From NCBI RefSeq assembly GCF_009914755.1, contig NC_060930.1: a stretch of 64,000 nucleotides of DNA; one strand, 5' to 3'. The stretch comes from the human T2T-CHM13v2.0 reference genome, Homo sapiens. Made by a program: the position numbers and the translations under genes. Of the stretch, positions 59,801-64,000 are shown piece after piece. The notes beneath the pieces were generated by a model that worked only from the letters and a program-made list of their open reading frames with translations, searched no databases and was not told the DNA's origin. Each line of letters begins with the position of its first letter. The first letter of the stretch is position 1.

Positions 59801-62800
59801 TGAAACACTCTTTTTGTCCATTCTGCAAAGGGATATTTGGGAGTACATTGAGTCCTATGGAGAAAAAGAAAATATCTTCAGATCAAAAGTAGAAAGAAGC
59901 TTTCTGAGAAACTGCATTGTGATGTGTGCATTCATCTTATGGAGTTAAAACTTTCCTTTGTTTCAACAGTTTGGAAACACTGTTTTTGAGCATTCTGCCA
60001 ATGGCCATTTGGGAGATCATTGAGGCCAATGAAGAAAAATTGAATATCCCAGGATAAAAACTTCAATGAAGCTATTTGAGAAACCACTTTGTGATGTGTG
60101 CATTCATGTCACATAGTTAAACCTTTCCTTACATTCAGCAGTTTGGAAACACTGTTTTTGTAGAACCTGTGAAGAGATATTTGGGAGCCTATAGCATCCT
60201 ATGGTGAAAAAGTAAATATCTTCATATAAAACTTGAAAAAAGCATTCTGAGAAAGTCCTTCATGATGTGTGCATTCATCTCAAAAAGTTAAACCTTACTT
60301 TTGTTCCAGTACTTTGGAAACACTGTTTTTGTAGAATCTGCATATGGATTTTTCAGAGTGCATTCAGGCCTACGGTGAAAAAGAAAATATCTTGAAGTGC
60401 AAACTAGACAGAAGCTTTCTGAGAGGCTGCTTTTTGATGTGTGCATTCATCTCACAGAGTTAATCCATTCTTTAGTTCAAAAGTTTTGAAACACTGTTTT
60501 TGTCCATTCTGGGAAGGGATATTTGGGAGCCCATTGAGGCCTATGGTGGAAAGAAAATATCTTCAGATAAAAATTAGAAAGAACCTCTCTGGGAAACTGC
60601 TCTGTGATGGATGCATTCAACTCACAGAGTTAAAAGTCTCTTTTGATCCCGCAGTTTGGAAACTGTCTTTGTAGTATCTGCAAAGGGATATTTGGGAGCC
60701 CATTGAGGCCTATAGTGAAAAAGAAAATATCTTCAGATAAAAACTAAAAAGGGGCTTTATGAGAAACTGCTTTGTGATGTATGCATTCATCTCACAGAGT
60801 TAAAACTTTCTTTTTATTCAGCAGTTTGGAATCACTTCTTTTGTAGAATCTTTGAAAGGATATTTCAGAGTGCATTGAGGCCTATGTAAAAAAGGGAATA
60901 TCTTCAAATAATAGCTAGACAGAAGCTTTCTGAGAAACTGCTTTGTGATGGGTGCATTCATCTCACAGTGTTAATCCTTTCTTTTGATTCAACTGTTTTG
61001 AAAAGCTGTTTTTATTCATTCTGTGAAGGGATATTTGGGAGCGCATTGAAGCCTATGGTGAAAAACAAAATATCTTCAGATAAATACCAGAAAGAAGCTT
61101 TCTGGGAAACTGCTTTATGATGTGTCATTTCATCTCACAGAGTTAAATATTTCTTTTCATACAGGAGTTTGGAAATACTCTCTTTCTCCTCTCCATTCTG
61201 TGAATGGACATTTGGGAGCTCTTTGAGGCCAGTGGAGAAATAGCGAATATCCTAGGATAACAATTTCAAGGAAACTATCTGAGAAATGGCTGTGTGATGT
61301 GTGCATTCATCTTGGAGAGTTAAAACTTTCTTTACATTCAGCAGTTGTGAAACACTGTTTTTGTAGAATCTGCAAAGGCATATTTGGGAGCCCATTGAGG
61401 AAATGGTGAAAAAGTAAATATCTTCATATAAAAACTAGAAAGAAGCTTTATGAGAAACTGCTCTTTGATCTGCGCATTCATCTCACAGAGGTAAACCTTT
61501 CTTTTCATTCAGCAGTTTGGAATCGCTGTATTAGTAGAATCTATGCAGGGATATTTCAGAGCACATTGAGGCCTACTGTGAAAAAGGAATTATCTTCAAA
61601 TTATAACTAGACAGAAGCTTTCTGAGAAACTGCTTTGTGATGTCTGCTTTCACCTCAAAGAGTTAAAACTTTCTTTTGTTTCAGCAGTTTGGAAACACTG
61701 TTTTTGTCCATTCTATGAATGGACATTTGGGAGCTAATTGAGGCCAAAGAAGGAAAAGCAATTATCCCAGGATAAAAACTACAAGGAAGCCATCTGAGAA
61801 ACTGATTTGTGATGTGTGCATTAATCTCACAGAGTTGAACATTTCTTTTCATTCAGTAGTTTTGAAACCCTATTTTGGTAGAATCTGTGAAGGGATATTT
61901 GGGAGTACATTGAGTCCTATGGTGAAAAAGTAAATATCTTCATATAAAAACTAGAAAGAAACCTTCTGAGAAACTGCTTTGTGATGTCTGCTTTCATCTC
62001 ACGTAGTGCAACCTTTCTTTTGATCCAGCAATTTGGAAACACTGTTTTTGTAGAATCTGCAAAAGGATATTTAAGAGCACATTGAGGCCTATGGTGAAAA
62101 TGAAAATATCTTCAAATAAAAACTAGAGAGAAGCTTTCTGAGAAACTACATTGTGATGTGTGCATTCTTCTCACAGAGTTAAACCTTTCTTTTCATTCAG
62201 TAGTTTGGAAAGACTGTTTTTTTAGAGTCTGCGAAGGGATATTTGGGAGTGCAATTAGACCTATTGTGTAGAAGAAAATATGTTAAGATAAAAAGTAGAA
62301 AGAAGGTTTCTGAGAAACTGCTGTGTGATGTGGGCATTCACCTCACAGACTTAAACTTTTCTTTTGATCCAACAGTTTGGAAACACTGTTTTTCTAGAAT
62401 CTGCAAAGGGATATTTCAGGGCACATGGAGGCCTATGGTGAAAAAGGAAATATCTTCAAATAATAACTAGACAGAAGCTTTCTGAGAAACTGCTTCGTGA
62501 TGTGTGCTTTCATCTCACACAGTTAAAACTTTCTGTTGTTTCAACAGTTTGGAAATACTGTTTTTGTCCATTCTGCCAATGGCCATTTTGGAGATCTTTG
62601 AGGCCAAAGGAGAATAAGGGAATATCCAAAGATAAAAAATTCAAGGAAGCTACGTGAGAAACTACTCTGTGATGTGTGCATTCATCTAGCACAGTTAAAC
62701 CTTTCTTTTCATTCAGCAGTTTGGAAACCCTGTTTTTGTAGAATTTGTGAAGAGATATTTGAGAGCCCATTGATTCCGATGGTGAAAAAGTATATATCTT

Positions 62801-64000
62801 CATATAAACACTATAAAGGAGCTTTCTGAGAAACTGCTTTGTCATGTGTGCATTCATCTCAAAGAGTTAAACCTTTCTTTTCATCTAGCACTTTGGAAAC
62901 ACTGTTTTTGTAGCATCTGTGAAGGGATATTTCAGAATGCATTGAGGCCTATGGTGAAAAAAATATATCTTCAAATAAAAACTGGACAGAAGCTTTCTGG
63001 CAGACTGCTTTGTGATGTATGCATTCATGTCACAGAATTAATTCTTTCTTTTGATTCAACAGTTTTGAAACCCTGTTTTTGTCCATTCCTCTAAGGCATA
63101 TTTGGGAGCACATTGAGGCCCATGGTGAAAAAGAAAATATCTTCAGATAAAAGCTAGAAAGAAGCTTTCTGAGAAACAACTTTGTGATTTGTGGTTTCAT
63201 CTCACAAACAGAAACATTTCTTTTCATTCAGCATTTGCAAACACTGTTTTTGTCCATTCTGCGAATGGACATTTGGGAACTCATTGAGGCCAGTGGAGGA
63301 AAAGTGAATATCCCAGGATAGAAACTTAAAGGAAGGTATCTGAGAAACTGCTTTGTGATGTGTGCATTCATCTCACAGAGTTAAACCTTTCCTTACATAC
63401 AGCAGTTTAGAGATCCTGTTTCTGTAGAACCTGCAAAGGGATATTTGGGAGCCTTTGAAGCCTATAGTGAAAAAACAAATATCTTCTTATAAAAACTACC
63501 AGGAAGCTTTCTGAGAAACTGCTTTGTGATGTGAGCAATCATCTCACAGACTTAATCCTTTCTTTTGATCCAGCAATTTGGAAACACTGTTTTTGTAGAA
63601 TCTGCAAAAGGATATTTCAGAGTGCTTTGAGGCCAATTGTGAAAAAGGAAATATCTTCAAATAATAACTAGACAGAAGCTTTCAGAGAAACTGCTTTGTG
63701 ATGTGTGCTTACATCTCACAGAGTTAAAACTTTCTTTTGTTTGAACAGTTTGTAAACACTGTTTTTGTCCATTCTGCAAATGGGCATTTGTGAGCTCACT
63801 GAGGCCATAGAGGAAAAGTGAATATCCCAGGATAAAAACTACAGGGAAGCTATCTGAAAAACCCATTTGTGATGTGTGCATTCATCTCACAGAGTTAAAT
63901 CTTTCTTTTCATTCAGCAGTTTGGAAACCCTGTTTTTGTATAATCTGTGAAGAGATATTTTGGAGCCCATTGAGTCTGATGGTGAAAAAGTAAATATCTT
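53815..64000 (+). repeat. Divergent alpha satellite, opposite orientation
   Basis: ctttgtgatgtgtgcattcatctcacagagttaaac and gaggcctatggtgaaaaagaaaatatc now read on the + strand. Confidence 0.97.

Noticed and set aside
25456-63881. Dozens of 60-115 aa ORFs with recurring WKHCFC / LCDVCIHL motifs resembling a Cys/His-rich protein family
   Set aside because: They are chance translations of alpha satellite monomers. The motif recurs because the DNA repeats.
25298-64000. CRISPR-like regular repeat array
   Set aside because: These are tandem ~171-bp monomers without unique spacers in primate DNA, and there are no cas genes.
25298-64000. Active centromeric HOR array
   Set aside because: Monomers are highly divergent, no CENP-B box was seen, old insertions are present and there are no near-identical multimers.

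Overview
This is primate DNA, almost certainly human, because it carries an AluYb8/Yb9 element. The window spans a transition from chromosome arm to pericentromere. Positions 1-15 kb are AT-rich and dense in old repeats: MIR, L2, L1M, MaLR/ERVL/ERV1 LTRs, MER82 and MER58. They also hold two twin-primed L1s, a young AluYb and a truncated RAB5A processed pseudogene inside a six-deep nest of insertions. Positions 15.1-21.3 kb are a dead full-length L1PA3/PA4 whose two flanks do not match. It runs directly into a truncated HERV-K(HML-8/MER11) gag-pro-pol fragment, which is fused to alpha satellite at ~25.3 kb. Positions 25.3-64 kb are an ancient, divergent and largely dimeric alpha satellite array with no CENP-B box seen. 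A 5'-truncated L1PA2 and a two-LTR HERV-K(HML-3/MER9) provirus interrupt the array, which has a strand inversion at ~53.8 kb and a degenerate multimer pattern after ~57.5 kb. I found no intact protein-coding gene and no evidence of a novel gene system. The interest here is structural and evolutionary. Repeat subfamily calls come from remembered consensus sequences, not database searches, and boundaries of old repeats are approximate.
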